Origin: Octopus bimaculoides
Lineage: Eukaryota
Assembly: GCF_001194135.2 (NCBI RefSeq)
Contig: NC_069002.1
Location: 1,310,530 to 1,360,230 of the forward strand
Direction of reading: 5' to 3'
DNA: 49,701 nt
This document shows positions 25,246-36,735 of this stretch, in pieces. Under the pieces are notes generated by a model, which saw nothing but the letters and a program-made list of their open reading frames with translations, ran no database searches and had not been told where the DNA came from. Each line of letters opens with the position of its first letter. The first letter of the stretch is position 1. The position numbers and the translations under genes were made by a program.

Positions 25246-25428
25246 GGCGGAAAGCTGACAGAATCGTTAGCACGCCGGACGAAATGCTTAGCGGTATTTC
25301 ACCCGTCGCTACGTTCCAAGTTCAAATTCCACCGAGGTCGACGTTGCCTTTCATCCTTTCGGGGTCGATGTAATCTACCAGTCCCCTTCCCACAAATATG
25401 AGGCCTTGTGCCTCTAATAGAAAGGAAA
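25246..25428 (+). mobile_element. SINE family A with internal deletion
   Basis: Intact head and tail; only one GGGGTCGAT remains (25361-25369). Confidence 0.9.
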
Positions 25429-25907
25429 ATTATGTAGTACAAACGCGCGCACACATACGAGCTTCTTAACATCACAGGTACGAACGAGCGCAAGAAAATA
25501 CAAAAAAATATTGGATAATTCTATGCCTCAAGATTTCACGAGGTATATATATATATACACACACACACACACATACGTGCATATACGCATTTGATAAAAT
25601 AACATGTGCTTTGCTTTTTGGTTTAGAATTTCGCTTCCAAATATGAAAACGCAGTTTCGATTCCGTGACGCAATATCTTGTACAGTTGTCATTTTCTATA
25701 CCCCAGAGTCGATCCTATCCTGAATGGATATATATATATATACGACGGATTTTCGCCTACAGACTCCTCTCAGGAAGCTTTGGTTGGCTGCGGCTACAGT
25801 CGTAGATACACGCCCGAGTTATATGTGGATATTAACATTTGGGCGTAAAGTTATATGCTTATGTGTACTCCCTTTTCTATGGATGTCTATGTATACGCAC
25901 AAAGCAA

Positions 25908-26030
25908 TAGATTTCGGGGTAAGAGGGGAGAATCGATTACATCGACCCAGAAGCTCAATTGATACTTATTTTATCGATCTCGAACGGATGAAAAGCATAA
26001 TCGAATTTTTATTCAGAACTTACAGAATCA
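25908..26030 (-). mobile_element. SINE family A 3' half
   Basis: TCGATTACATCGACCC...TACTTATTTTATCGATCTCGAACGGATGAAAAG. Confidence 0.75.
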
Positions 26031-26734
26031 TCAGGACTGACCCTGAACAATTTGTTTCCCTCTAAATCACTTCCTTTCTACCCTCTCCCACCTCCGTTCC
26101 CTCTACCTTTATCATCACTATTAATCTGTCTATCGCCCTCTTAGTGTAGGTATAGGTTTGTGTATGTATATGTATAGAGATGTAGATGTATGTATGTATG
26201 TGTTCTTAAATTCGTTTCTCTATTGCGTGTATCCTCCTCTTTAATTATCCACCTGCGCCCTCTATCATTACGTATTCGGCGTTTTACTTCTGTCGGCAAA
26301 ATGAAGCAGGCAGACTGACTGACAGACAAAATAATAAAATGAGTAAATTAAAAGTAGCATAAACAACAAAAAAGACACGACTTTTGTATATTTTAAATCA
26401 TTATTTATCTAACGCTTGTCTGTGGTTGTGTTTTAAATGACAAACGAACAGGGCCCATCTCATGGCCCGTATGTCTTTTACGCGCACACATATACACGTA
26501 TCTATATATACATATATGTGTATATATATATATATATATATNNNNNNNNNNNNNNNNNNNNNNNNNNNNNNNNNNNNNNNNNNNNNNNNNNNNNNNNNNN
26601 NNNNNNNNNNNNNNNNNNNNNNNNNNNNNNNNNNNNNNNNNNNNNNNNNNNNCAGTGTAAGTTGTGGAAATATATGTATGCGTATAGATAGATAAGTAGA
26701 TAGATATAGACAGCACATTATATATTTCTTTATC

Positions 26735-26777
<43 letters not shown>

Positions 26778-26781
26778 GTAA

Positions 26782-26870
26782 AGGAGCAGGCGTGGCTGTG
26801 TGGTAAGAAGCTTGCATCCCAACGACATGGTCCCGAGTAGACGGAAACTGAAAGAAGCCCGTCGTATATA
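26782..26870 (+). mobile_element. SINE family B, internally deleted
   Basis: The head GGCGTGGCTGTGTGGTAAGAAGCTTGC is joined directly to GTAGACGGAAACTGAAAGAAGCCCGTCG. Confidence 0.85.
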
Positions 26871-27129
26871 TGTATATATGTGTGTATGTGTTGTGTGTAC
26901 ATATGTATATGTATTTATAAATATATATTTGTATGCACATATATCATTGACTACGGCCATCCCCTCTCCGACATACACACACAAACACAGCATCTAAGAA
27001 CCCCCATGCCTTGCGGCGCTCGCAGGCTGCTAATCACATTAAAAACTTTTGTAATCCTACGAGTTAAGACTTTCTGTCATGTGGGTCAGGTTGCGGTGTC
27101 TTCGTAATTGTAGCCGTCCGTTTGCAATC

Positions 27130-27880
27130 CAAAGTGTGGCCAACCACAACGTTAGCAATTCTTTGCGAGCGTTTTGAGATGTTGCTGAATTTGGTAGTGT
27201 GGGTAGTTTAGGGTGTGGTCATGATTTAGTTGGGGTAGAATAAGGGAACGGATAATTCACTAGTGGTCAGCTGGAGGTTATATATGATGTAGGTTTCGTT
27301 GTTTATGTAGACCAGAGGTTCTAAGCCGGATTCAATACAGCCCCTGAGGGTCCATATGGATTTTTGAGGTTCCGCTTAACAAAAGAGTAAATTGAGTATC
27401 CACAATAGAATTTGAAGGGCCATGAAATATTTTGGTTTTCCATGTACGTATTACAAGAAACACCTACGCTTCTTTCTCTGACAGTCTGCATAGTTCAACC
27501 TGCAGAAGTTAATGTCTAAGAAATGAAACAGGAGTTTTCAAAGAAGTTTCTATAAAACGGTCCATAGATAAAAAGTGGTTGATCAGACAGAGAAACCTTC
27601 GTTGATTGAATAGGTAGAACTGTAGTTATACACCGTTGGTGGTTAGACATTCTGCTGAGTTGACATGCCATTGCGCAAAAAGACAAGCATATTGTTGGAT
27701 AGACGTTGTAGGTTGCATACGTGGAGAGGAAAATAAAATTATGTTGGTCTAATGCTTTGAGTATATGAATAAGTGTTGGCCAACTCGCATGGGTGAGAGG
27801 AAGGGCAGAGTCGGGGCTATTTCAAGAAGTTTGTAATTCCTAATGGGAACGCTTATTTGCGGGAAGTGGAATTATGAGAC
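27130..27880 (-). mobile_element. Degraded Penelope-like reverse transcriptase relic
   Basis: Remnants occur in the expected order on the minus strand: LKALDQHNFIF (cf. L.L..N.F.F), CAMACQLS (cf. G.AMGSPLS), YLF/INEGF (cf. RYIDD.F), TPVSFL/DI (cf. VPFLDI, one frameshift). Confidence 0.45.
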
Positions 27881-28064
27881 CCTTTGTGTTCTGTTGTTGT
27901 TATCTTACATAAATAAACACACACACACACACACACACGTATGTATGTATATATATATATATATATATATGTACGCGTATATATCTATATGTGTTTGTGT
28001 GTGTGTTTATGCATATATACGTGCGCTTGCATACTTGCACTATATATATATATATATGTATATA

Positions 28065-28096
<32 letters not shown>

Positions 28097-28781
28097 CAAA
28101 TACATGTACACACATATACATATGTGTATTTGTGAGAGCATGTGATATGAGTGTGTGTGTGAAATTATAGATGCATATATATTTATGATTGAATAATATA
28201 TATATGTATTCTCGTAACACAATGAATGGGTGGTTACTTGAACGGAAATAGATTTTATTTGAAGCGAAATTTGAACACTGTCGACGGTCTTTGAAATACT
28301 GTTCTGTTTATTTTTACAACGGATTCAATATAAGACGATAGTGATTATAATGATTAAAATTGGGTCGGAGATTATAACGAGGACGATGACGATAATGATG
28401 ACGTCGACTGCGCGGACCAAAACGACAACGACGGCGATGATGACTGTGGGCATGACGGCTGAACCGGCGACTGAAATAGGATAACGATAGCGACGAAGGG
28501 GAGGACAATTTGTAGGTACATGGTACTTCGTTATGCAAACACAATATTCCATAAGGTATATTAAATGTTTCCTAACACAGAATCACATTCTATTGAGTCA
28601 GCAGTGTTCTTATAATATTTTGCCATGGTTATTTCTGCAGAAGTTCCATCTTCATGAAGGCCAGGAAACCAATGACAACGCATTTCAGGTCGTCTCAGTG
28701 CTACAGGAATTCTTTGTGACTTTTACCAATGCCTACGAATAATAAATGAACGGGAATATTCCCACATCATGAAAATATGCG

Positions 28782-28818
<37 letters not shown>

Positions 28819-28921
28819 ATGTGTGCGTGCGCGCGCGTATCTGCATGTGTGCGTATGTACATACATACTTGTGTATGTACATATGTAGATAGATATATGT
28901 ATATATATATTTAGATATACG

Positions 28922-28957
<36 letters not shown>

Positions 28958-28970
28958 TACAGAGATTTAT

Positions 28971-29002
<32 letters not shown>

Positions 29003-29328
29003 GTATGTCATCGCCTGAAATGGAGTTGCTATTAAGCATGAATGTATCAGGTTGTATTATATTGTATCTCGAGAGGGTCAAACGAGTTCACTTCAAGGAA
29101 ACTTGCAAACCAACTGCTAAGACGAAAGAATGCATTATTTTGATTTTAAAAATAATTTGAAAGAATCTAAAAATATTTCGTAGCCGACGCCTTTTATTAA
29201 ATTCTTGGTTTCTGGAATTGCTTCCTTTCAGTATTGTTTTGGTTTGTTGGGTTTCTGATCTGTAAATCATATAATATGCAACCGCATTTTACACCCTTTC
29301 ATGATGATTGTTTTTACAAATACCCTGA

Positions 29329-29359
<31 letters not shown>

Positions 29360-29395
29360 GCTTACACACGCACAAGCATACATACATACATACAC

Positions 29396-29440
<45 letters not shown>

Positions 29441-30544
29441 AGTGTATATATATAAATCTAACTTCTGTTTCAACTCGACCCAGGACCGCAGCTCAAAGAA
29501 AGAGACGAGCATTATGAAAGCAGATGATAATCTCAGAAGACGAAATATTGTTCCTACATCGCTGACACCAACTTAGCAATTCGAAGACACCTCGTCTTGT
29601 TTCTAATCCTCTTCAATGGTGCCTGTCAGCGATGTTGTATTTATTGCTTTTCTTGCTGTTACTGTGCTTTATATTATTGTTGTTGATGTTGTTGCTGTCT
29701 TCTAGTGAGGTCTTGGACGATATGATGTCTGGAAACAGGTGAGGTTGCAAATAGCAACTGACACCCGGTTAACATATAACAAACATTTGCAACAACAGCA
29801 GTGAAGTAATATACATAGATACTTGTAGACACGAAACTTACGTATGTGTATGTGTGCTCCTATATCTTATGTATATTTATGTTGTGTGTATATGTAGGTA
29901 TTTATATATGTATATACATACGTATAAGCCTGCTTGAGTGTTTATGCATATACACACTTCACAAAGTTGTATGCATGCATGCATGACAAGTGGGTTACAT
30001 ATGAGTTTTAAACATTATATACGCAATCACACGCCCACACACATATACAGGAAGAGAGAGAGAGATAAAGAGGCACATTGTCAACCCAACAAGCAAGACA
30101 CTAAGTGGCCACGCGGCTTGCTAGACATAGCAAGATACACAACTTTAAAAGAGGGAAGGTTACATTAGGTATTGTAACTCCTGCTTGGATTAAGTGGAAT
30201 CCATCATTGGAGTGGGGGGTCAACTATTGATTTCGGGGGTGACGAAAGAAAACGATTATATCGAACCCCTAAACTGGAATGGTACCCTTTTTTCACTTAC
30301 GACCCCAGAAGTATGAAAGACAACAATCTATCTCAGTAAAAGTCTGTATCTGGGTGGAGCAACGTATTTTTCGACACTCTGGCGATTCTGGCATTCCATC
30401 ACACATTCATTTTAGAAACATTGTGCTTAAAAACAAGCAAATAAAAAAAAATCGATGGTGGTGGTCCTAAGTGGAATGTTTTGGATCATAGCTCTTCTCC
30501 ATTACAACTGCCCATTGCCTATACATCAATAATAATTCAAATTT

Positions 30545-30683
30545 TTTGCAGAAGGTCAGTAATTTCGGGGTGTGGGGAGGGTTAAGTCGATCACAGCGAC
30601 CCAGTATTCAGCTGGTACTTATTTTATCCCGAAAGGATGAAAGGCAAAGTTGACCTCGGCGGAATTTGAACTCAGGACGTAAA
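30545..30683 (-). mobile_element. SINE family A, 5'-truncated
   Basis: GAAAGGATGAAAGGCAAAGTTGACCTCGGCGGAATTTGAACTCAG. A more degenerate copy lies at about 30230-30330. Confidence 0.85.
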
Positions 30684-31502
30684 CACGGCTTCTGAGATTA
30701 GGGGGGGGGGAGGAACCTTCATGCTCCACAAATTAAATTTTGTAATCACTGCCCAAGCCAATAAATGTGATTCTTAGCTAGCCAATGATCTCCGAAAGCA
30801 GCAGCTAAATTTACCTCAAATGAAATACTATATCGATTACCCCAATAAACAAGGTAGACCTACATATACTGTGTAGTAGAAAATATGACTGGATAGTCTT
30901 GATTGGAACGCTTTTGACCGTATCTGCTGGATGATCAAGTCTGATTGTTGGTCTCGATAACGAATGCACCATCAATACCTAGCAACAATCGTTAAGAGAC
31001 TGTTTACGGATGTACTGGACATCGTAAACATTCGCAATAAGTGTTTCTACGAATTGTTCGTTAAGAAATATCAAGAAATATGTTATCTAAATGTGTCTTT
31101 TGCCCGAAACTGATACGTATGTAGCATTAGTCACACTCGAGCTATGTTGCGAGATAAAAAGAAAAGTTACGAATTACTTTCTGGACGTTTTGTAGTAAAG
31201 GGGCTTTTTTTTTTTTTTGTTTCCGGTTCTGATTTCTAGCTATTTATCTATCTGTCTATCTGTCTGTTTTCTTTTCTATATATGTATGTGTGTGTCTGTA
31301 AAATCAGAAAAGCGTAAGGTAGATAGAGGGGTACCGAGAGAAATGAATAGGTAGGTAGGTCGGTATAACTAGAAACTGAGCGGGGGAGGGGAAGAGAGAA
31401 ATAGAAAAAGTATGTATGAGGAAGAAAGTGAATCAGATTAAGTGTAGAAATACACACACACACACACACACATATATACATACATATATATAGTCTTTTA
31501 TA

Positions 31503-31543
31503 CTTTTACTTGTTTCAGTCAGTTGACTGCGGCCATGCTGGAG
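31503..31543 (-). mobile_element. SINE family B 3' fragment
   Basis: TTTTACTTGTTTCAGTCAGTTGACTGCGGCCATGCTGGAG. An equivalent plus-strand fragment lies at about 40677-40720. Confidence 0.75.
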
Positions 31544-31548
31544 AGGTT

Positions 31549-31612
<64 letters not shown>

Positions 31613-32169
31613 TACACACTTGTGTCTGTATGTCTGTGTATATATGTAGAGAGAGAAACAGGCAGAGAGAGTGTGTGTATGTGTGTATCGCTCAAAGCTT
31701 ATTAAGTTATCATCGCAGTAGATGATACGGGCTTTTTCTTTCTCTTTTTGCGGGTGGAATAAGGATGGTGTGGGTACCCCGTTTATTCTTTTCTTTTTGT
31801 TTTTTTTTTTAAATAACTTTTTTTTTTAACTTTCATTCTTCGTTTTCTGTTTTAAATCTTTTTTTTTTTCAATTTTGTGTTGCTTCAAGATTTACTTCGT
31901 CTTTCGTGTTGTTGTTATTGTTGGTGTTGTGCTGTTACTCATGTTATGACGCTGTTGTTGCTGTTATTTTTGTTTTTTTGTTATTGCTTTGTTGTTATAT
32001 GTGTGTGTTTTTACCTCACAAGAAGCTAATATGAGAGACAAGAAACAGCATGCATGTCCGTGTTTGTCGCCTAAAGTGACTCCACAGACACGTCTTTATC
32101 TTTCTGCTTCGTTCTTCCCTTCTCGAAGACTTCCAGCAAATTTCTACAAGAAACAAACCTGGAAAAAAC

Positions 32170-32740
32170 GGTGGTGCTTACTGGCAAGGAGCACATGCGG
32201 TCGGGTGGCGTGGCGGGGGTTGTGGAGCTATTGGTGCTGGTGTGTTGGCGGTGGCCGTGACGGTGGTAAATAGAGGTAGTAGCGGTGGTGGTGATGCGAG
32301 TGGTGGTGGGGTCGGTGGTAGCAGAGGTGGTGTTAACAGCGGTAGTGCCGATGCTGGTGGTGAAGGTGGTAGTAGAGTACATGGTGTAGTGTTACTTAGT
32401 GGTGACGATAGCAGTGGTGGTAGCACACATGGTGGTGACGTTGGCATTGACGGTGGTAGTGGTGATGGTAGTTCTGATGGAAGAGATGATGGGAGTCGTG
32501 TTCATGGGGCTAATGTTGGCTGTCCCGGTGATGGTTGTAATGGTGGTGATGGTACTGGTGGTAGGGGTTTGTGGTGGTAGCCTTAGTAACGCTCATGCTG
32601 GTGGTGGCAGTACTAGTATTGATGGTATCCGTGGTTGGGATGTTGGTAATGTTCCTGCTGCCGGTGGTGGTGGTAGTTGAAATGGTGGTGTTGGTGGTGG
32701 TTGTGTTGATGATGCTGATGGCGGTGTTGGAAATGATGGT
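32170..32740 (+). repeat. Degenerate (GGT)n-rich array
   Basis: GGT/AGT/GAT/GTT triplet periodicity. Confidence 0.85.
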
Positions 32741-32786
32741 CCGAGCGAGGTTATTCATTTTCCTCGCAGTCATTGTTTTCCTTTAG

Positions 32787-32908
32787 CTACAGGTCAACCT
32801 TAATCAAGCAAACCAATGAGGAAAAAGCTTTCCATGACTGACCATCCAGACGTTTCTCCCGTGGACAGGGGACTCAGAACCGCATTATTCAACTTCTTTC
32901 TTTTAAAG
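32787..32908 (+). other. Candidate exon
   Basis: Acceptor TTGTTTTCCTTTAG| and donor AAG|GTAATT. An ATG at 32816 opens 31 codons up to the donor. Confidence 0.25.
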
Positions 32909-33412
32909 GTAATTTGACCGGGGTTTCGCTACTTTTCGACACATTTCCAGCGACCGCATACTGACTTCCTCATTGATTCAACAGTGGTGGTCTTGCTTGC
33001 ATTGGCAGTAATCCTAACGATGCAGGTGGTGGCACTGGTGGTCTTTGTAAAGGAGGAGACATTGGTTGTGTTTGAGTGGTGGTATCGACGGCGGCAACGG
33101 CGACAGAAGCGAACGATGCGGTGGTGGTACGTGAGGAGGATGGTGGCGGGAGTGGTGGTTATATTAGGATTGACTGTGGTGGTAGTGATGCTGCTGCTGC
33201 TGCAGACGGAAGAGTAAGGAGAGGCTGACATACAGACAGACAGGTGGGCCGTTAGTGTCGACCCACTGACAGACTCGTAGGCTGACTGGTAGATTGACGG
33301 GCTGGGTAGGCTTTCAGGGTTTACGTGCAAGTTAGCTTTCGTCTATCTGGTTATCAGGAGATGAATCCATCTGCTGGAGCAATCAGTGTGCTTTGAACCT
33401 CTGCCGAAATAA

Positions 33413-33464
33413 TATAAATATAGAGCACACACGATGCGTTTTCTTGTGACGTCAGGCTGACTAA
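33413..33464. promoter_or_regulatory. TATA + CRE + AP-1-like motif cluster
   Basis: TATAAATA at 33413-33420, TGACGTCA at 33447-33454 and TGACTAA at 33458-33464. Confidence 0.35.
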
Positions 33465-33520
33465 TATGTCTACCCCTAATAGTTGCCGTTCACAGGCCCA
33501 CACGCGTGTATTCGTGTATT

Positions 33521-33878
33521 CAATTCTTTCATTTCAGTCATTTGGCTGCGGCCATTCTGGAGCTCTACCTTAAAGGGTATTCTAGTCGAAGAAATCGACC
33601 CCAGGACTTATTTGTTAACCTAGTACTTATTCTATCAGTTCTTTTGCCGAACCGCTAGGTTACGGGGATATAAATACACAAGCATCGGTTGTCAAACAGA
33701 TGTCCGGGTGACAAACATACACACATAAATAAATGCATACATATATACGATGAGCTTCCTTCAGTTTCCGTCTACCACATCAGCCCGAGGTTATAGCAGA
33801 AGGCACTTGCCCAAGGTGGCACACAGTGGGACTGAGCCTAGAACCATGTGGTTGGGAAGCATCTTACCACACAGTCAT
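33521..33878 (-). mobile_element. SINE family B, near full length
   Basis: Reverse complement of head (GGTTGGGAAGCATCTTACCACACAG), body (CACTTGCCCAAGGTG) and tail. Confidence 0.9.
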
Positions 33879-34380
33879 ACATACATACAGAGAATTATGT
33901 CTTTTAACAAAGCTTATATATCCTAGACGGAACACAGCTGCAGAGTGTATCACATCACTAATGGGGGAAAAAAAAAAAAAAAAAAAAAAATTGTTAAACA
34001 TTCAAAGTGGCTGTAGTAACTAATATAACCTCGCAGGTTTCGAATCCCTCTAGCGCTAACAATTATTCTTATTTTCATTTTTATATTTATTCCTATATAT
34101 TTCAAAAATGTGGATGAAAACCTATGATTACAGAAGGAGATCACTTCTATAAATCTATTTAAGGTTTTCGACCCGAAAGACCTAAAGATAGCAAGGGATT
34201 CCCTAGCACACAATAAATATTTACTAATATTTACTCTAAAATATAATCGACCATTCCACAAGTGCATATGAGAGGTTCTCTCGTAATGAATAACGGATTA
34301 TTCTGTGTTCTACCACAACATCCACTTTTAAGCCAGCTTCCCGCTGGCTTAAGTTTGCTTATAACAAGTCTTTTTACTTT

Positions 34381-35035
34381 ATGCACAAGGTCTGAAATTT
34401 GGGGAAAGAGGGGCAGTCGAATACGTCGACCCAGTATTCGACTGGTTCTTACATCAGCTACCCCGAAAGGATAAAGGACGAAGTCGACCTCGGTGGGCTT
34501 TGAAATCGAAATGTACAGCCGGAAGATGTGCCACTAAGCCTTTTCTCCGGCTTTTTCTCCACTAAGCATCTTCTCTTGCGAAGGATTCTGTCAGTTTGCT
34601 GCCTTGAATTTGCATAAATTGATTGTTTGTGATTCAGGCATTTAGACTCACGGCCAATAAATTTGAGGGGACGATGTCACTTGATATCATTGATTTCAGT
34701 ATTGACTGGGCTCAGAGTTTCTTTTATCGATCCTACCGAAAGGGATAAATGTCAAAGTTGGCTTCCTCAGGATTCGAACACAGATCGCAAAGAACCGGAA
34801 AAAAAAGACATAAGGCATATATTTTTTAATCGATCGTCAATCGATTCAGCTGGCTCGTTTCTTTCAAATTACTTTGAAATAACTCTTTCTACTATTTACC
34901 TAAAGACTGAAGTTTTAAGGAAGGAACGGGATAGTCGCAGACATTGTCTAAAGTGTTCAGCTAGTAATTATTTTATCGGCCCCGAAAGAGATGAAAGACA
35001 AAGTGGACCTTGGTTGAATTTGAACGCCGAATGTA

Positions 35036-35070
<35 letters not shown>

Positions 35071-35135
35071 AGCTTGGGACAAAATTCTGTTAAAAATTTT
35101 GTTTGTCCAATTCCTCTTTAACGACTCTACCAGGT
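34381..35135 (-). mobile_element. Three consecutive diverged family-A SINEs (about 34381-34560, 34660-34860, 34955-35135)
   Basis: Each carries the CGAAAG(G)ATAA/ATGAA..AAAGT.GAC/GGC.T.. motif in the same orientation. The third is interrupted by poly(A). Confidence 0.7.
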
Positions 35136-35593
35136 CACCACTTTCATTCCGTTCAAGCTAATAACCACAAAATAACATTTATATCTGATGTCAGCATCTA
35201 CAACTGATCAGAATACAATCCACAGACTTTCAAACTGTGAACTAACCACATCAAATTGATGGCTTTTAGAAGAGTTTGGTGAAGATCATCCATCAACTTC
35301 TACTGTTAGATCCTCCTCCTCCTCCTCATCGGCGTCGCCCTTCATATTTTTCGACTTTCTCTTCCTTCTTTCTTCTTCCACTTCTACTTCTTTTTCTTCC
35401 CTTCATCGTTGTTGTTGCAGCTGTTGTGTTGGCTATTGTTGTCGTCGTCTTTTACATCGTTGTCATCGTTGTTGTTGTTGTTCTCCTCCTCCTCCTCCTC
35501 CCTCTACTTCTCGTCCACTTTCTTTTCCCTTTTCTTCGTTTTCTCCTTCATTACTCGTCATTGGTAACGGTAACCTTGGTTCCCGATTAAACA

Positions 35594-35722
35594 TTGTATC
35601 AGACAGGACTGTATTAGACAGAGATGCATCAGACAGAGCTGTATTAGGTACAGCTGTATTAGACAGAGTTGTATCAGACAACTGTATCAGACAACTGTAT
35701 CAGACAATTGTATCAGACAGAG
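35594..35722 (+). repeat. Mixed 15/13-bp minisatellite, 9 units (consensus CTGTATCAGACA[GAG/A])
   Basis: Five 15-mers, three 13-mers, then one 15-mer. Confidence 0.92.
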
Positions 35723-36199
35723 CGAAACACACACAAGTTTAATAAATATGACATAAGTTTTGGAAATGAAACAAAAATAAACGCTGCACAATTAAACAGC
35801 ATTTAGTTAATCTTAACGAGTAAATCCACCCCATTAAGTTAATACAAATTTATATTTCCTACTGAAAAGATCCGGGAAGGAAACCTCTACAGGGTTACTC
35901 AGCTTGTTAGAAATAGCAGTCAAACATCCCTCTTCGAAACAATGTGCACATTGGATTATATAGCTCTAGATACATTATATATAAAATGAATAAATAAATA
36001 AATACATATTTCATGACCGAAATCCATTCGATCACATGCCTGCTTCATCAGTGCTAACTTGGCGATAAAAAGAAAACAATCAAGCAAACACATCTACAAA
36101 AACTGAGGCACACAATCTTCTGCTGATGCGTATAATCATTTATGAAACGGTTTCTGTAAACGACACTGCAGTAGCATGAGGACAGTACGACGTCAAAAA

Positions 36200-36280
<81 letters not shown>

Positions 36281-36633
36281 CGTCAAAATCATATACTTGC
36301 AATGGATAATTAATCGGTTTAGAAAATAAACGATAGCAATATGACGATATCACATAATATACTTTACAGTTTAGATAATATTTATACCATAAATATCATA
36401 GGAGCCTTTCTTCTTTTCATATCTTCATCATATCTACACATACGACCACGCTACGTATTATGGCCACGCCACGCACTGTGCACGCGCTGAGGACATATTC
36501 GTGTGTGTGCATGTGTGTGCATAAGGTTATACACATAGTAAAGTTGCTTTCTATCTCTATATACACTCACACAAATGCGTGTTAATATCTATCTATCTAT
36601 CTATCTCTGTCTGTCTGTCTGTCTGCCTATCTG

Positions 36634-36735
<102 letters not shown>

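Noticed and set aside
35594-35722. CRISPR-like array
   Set aside because: Contiguous tandem units without unique spacers, a eukaryotic context and no cas genes.
36123-36152. CTGATGC...GAAACGG hammerhead-like pair
   Set aside because: A9 is missing, the sequence after GAA is not palindromic, and stem I is absent.
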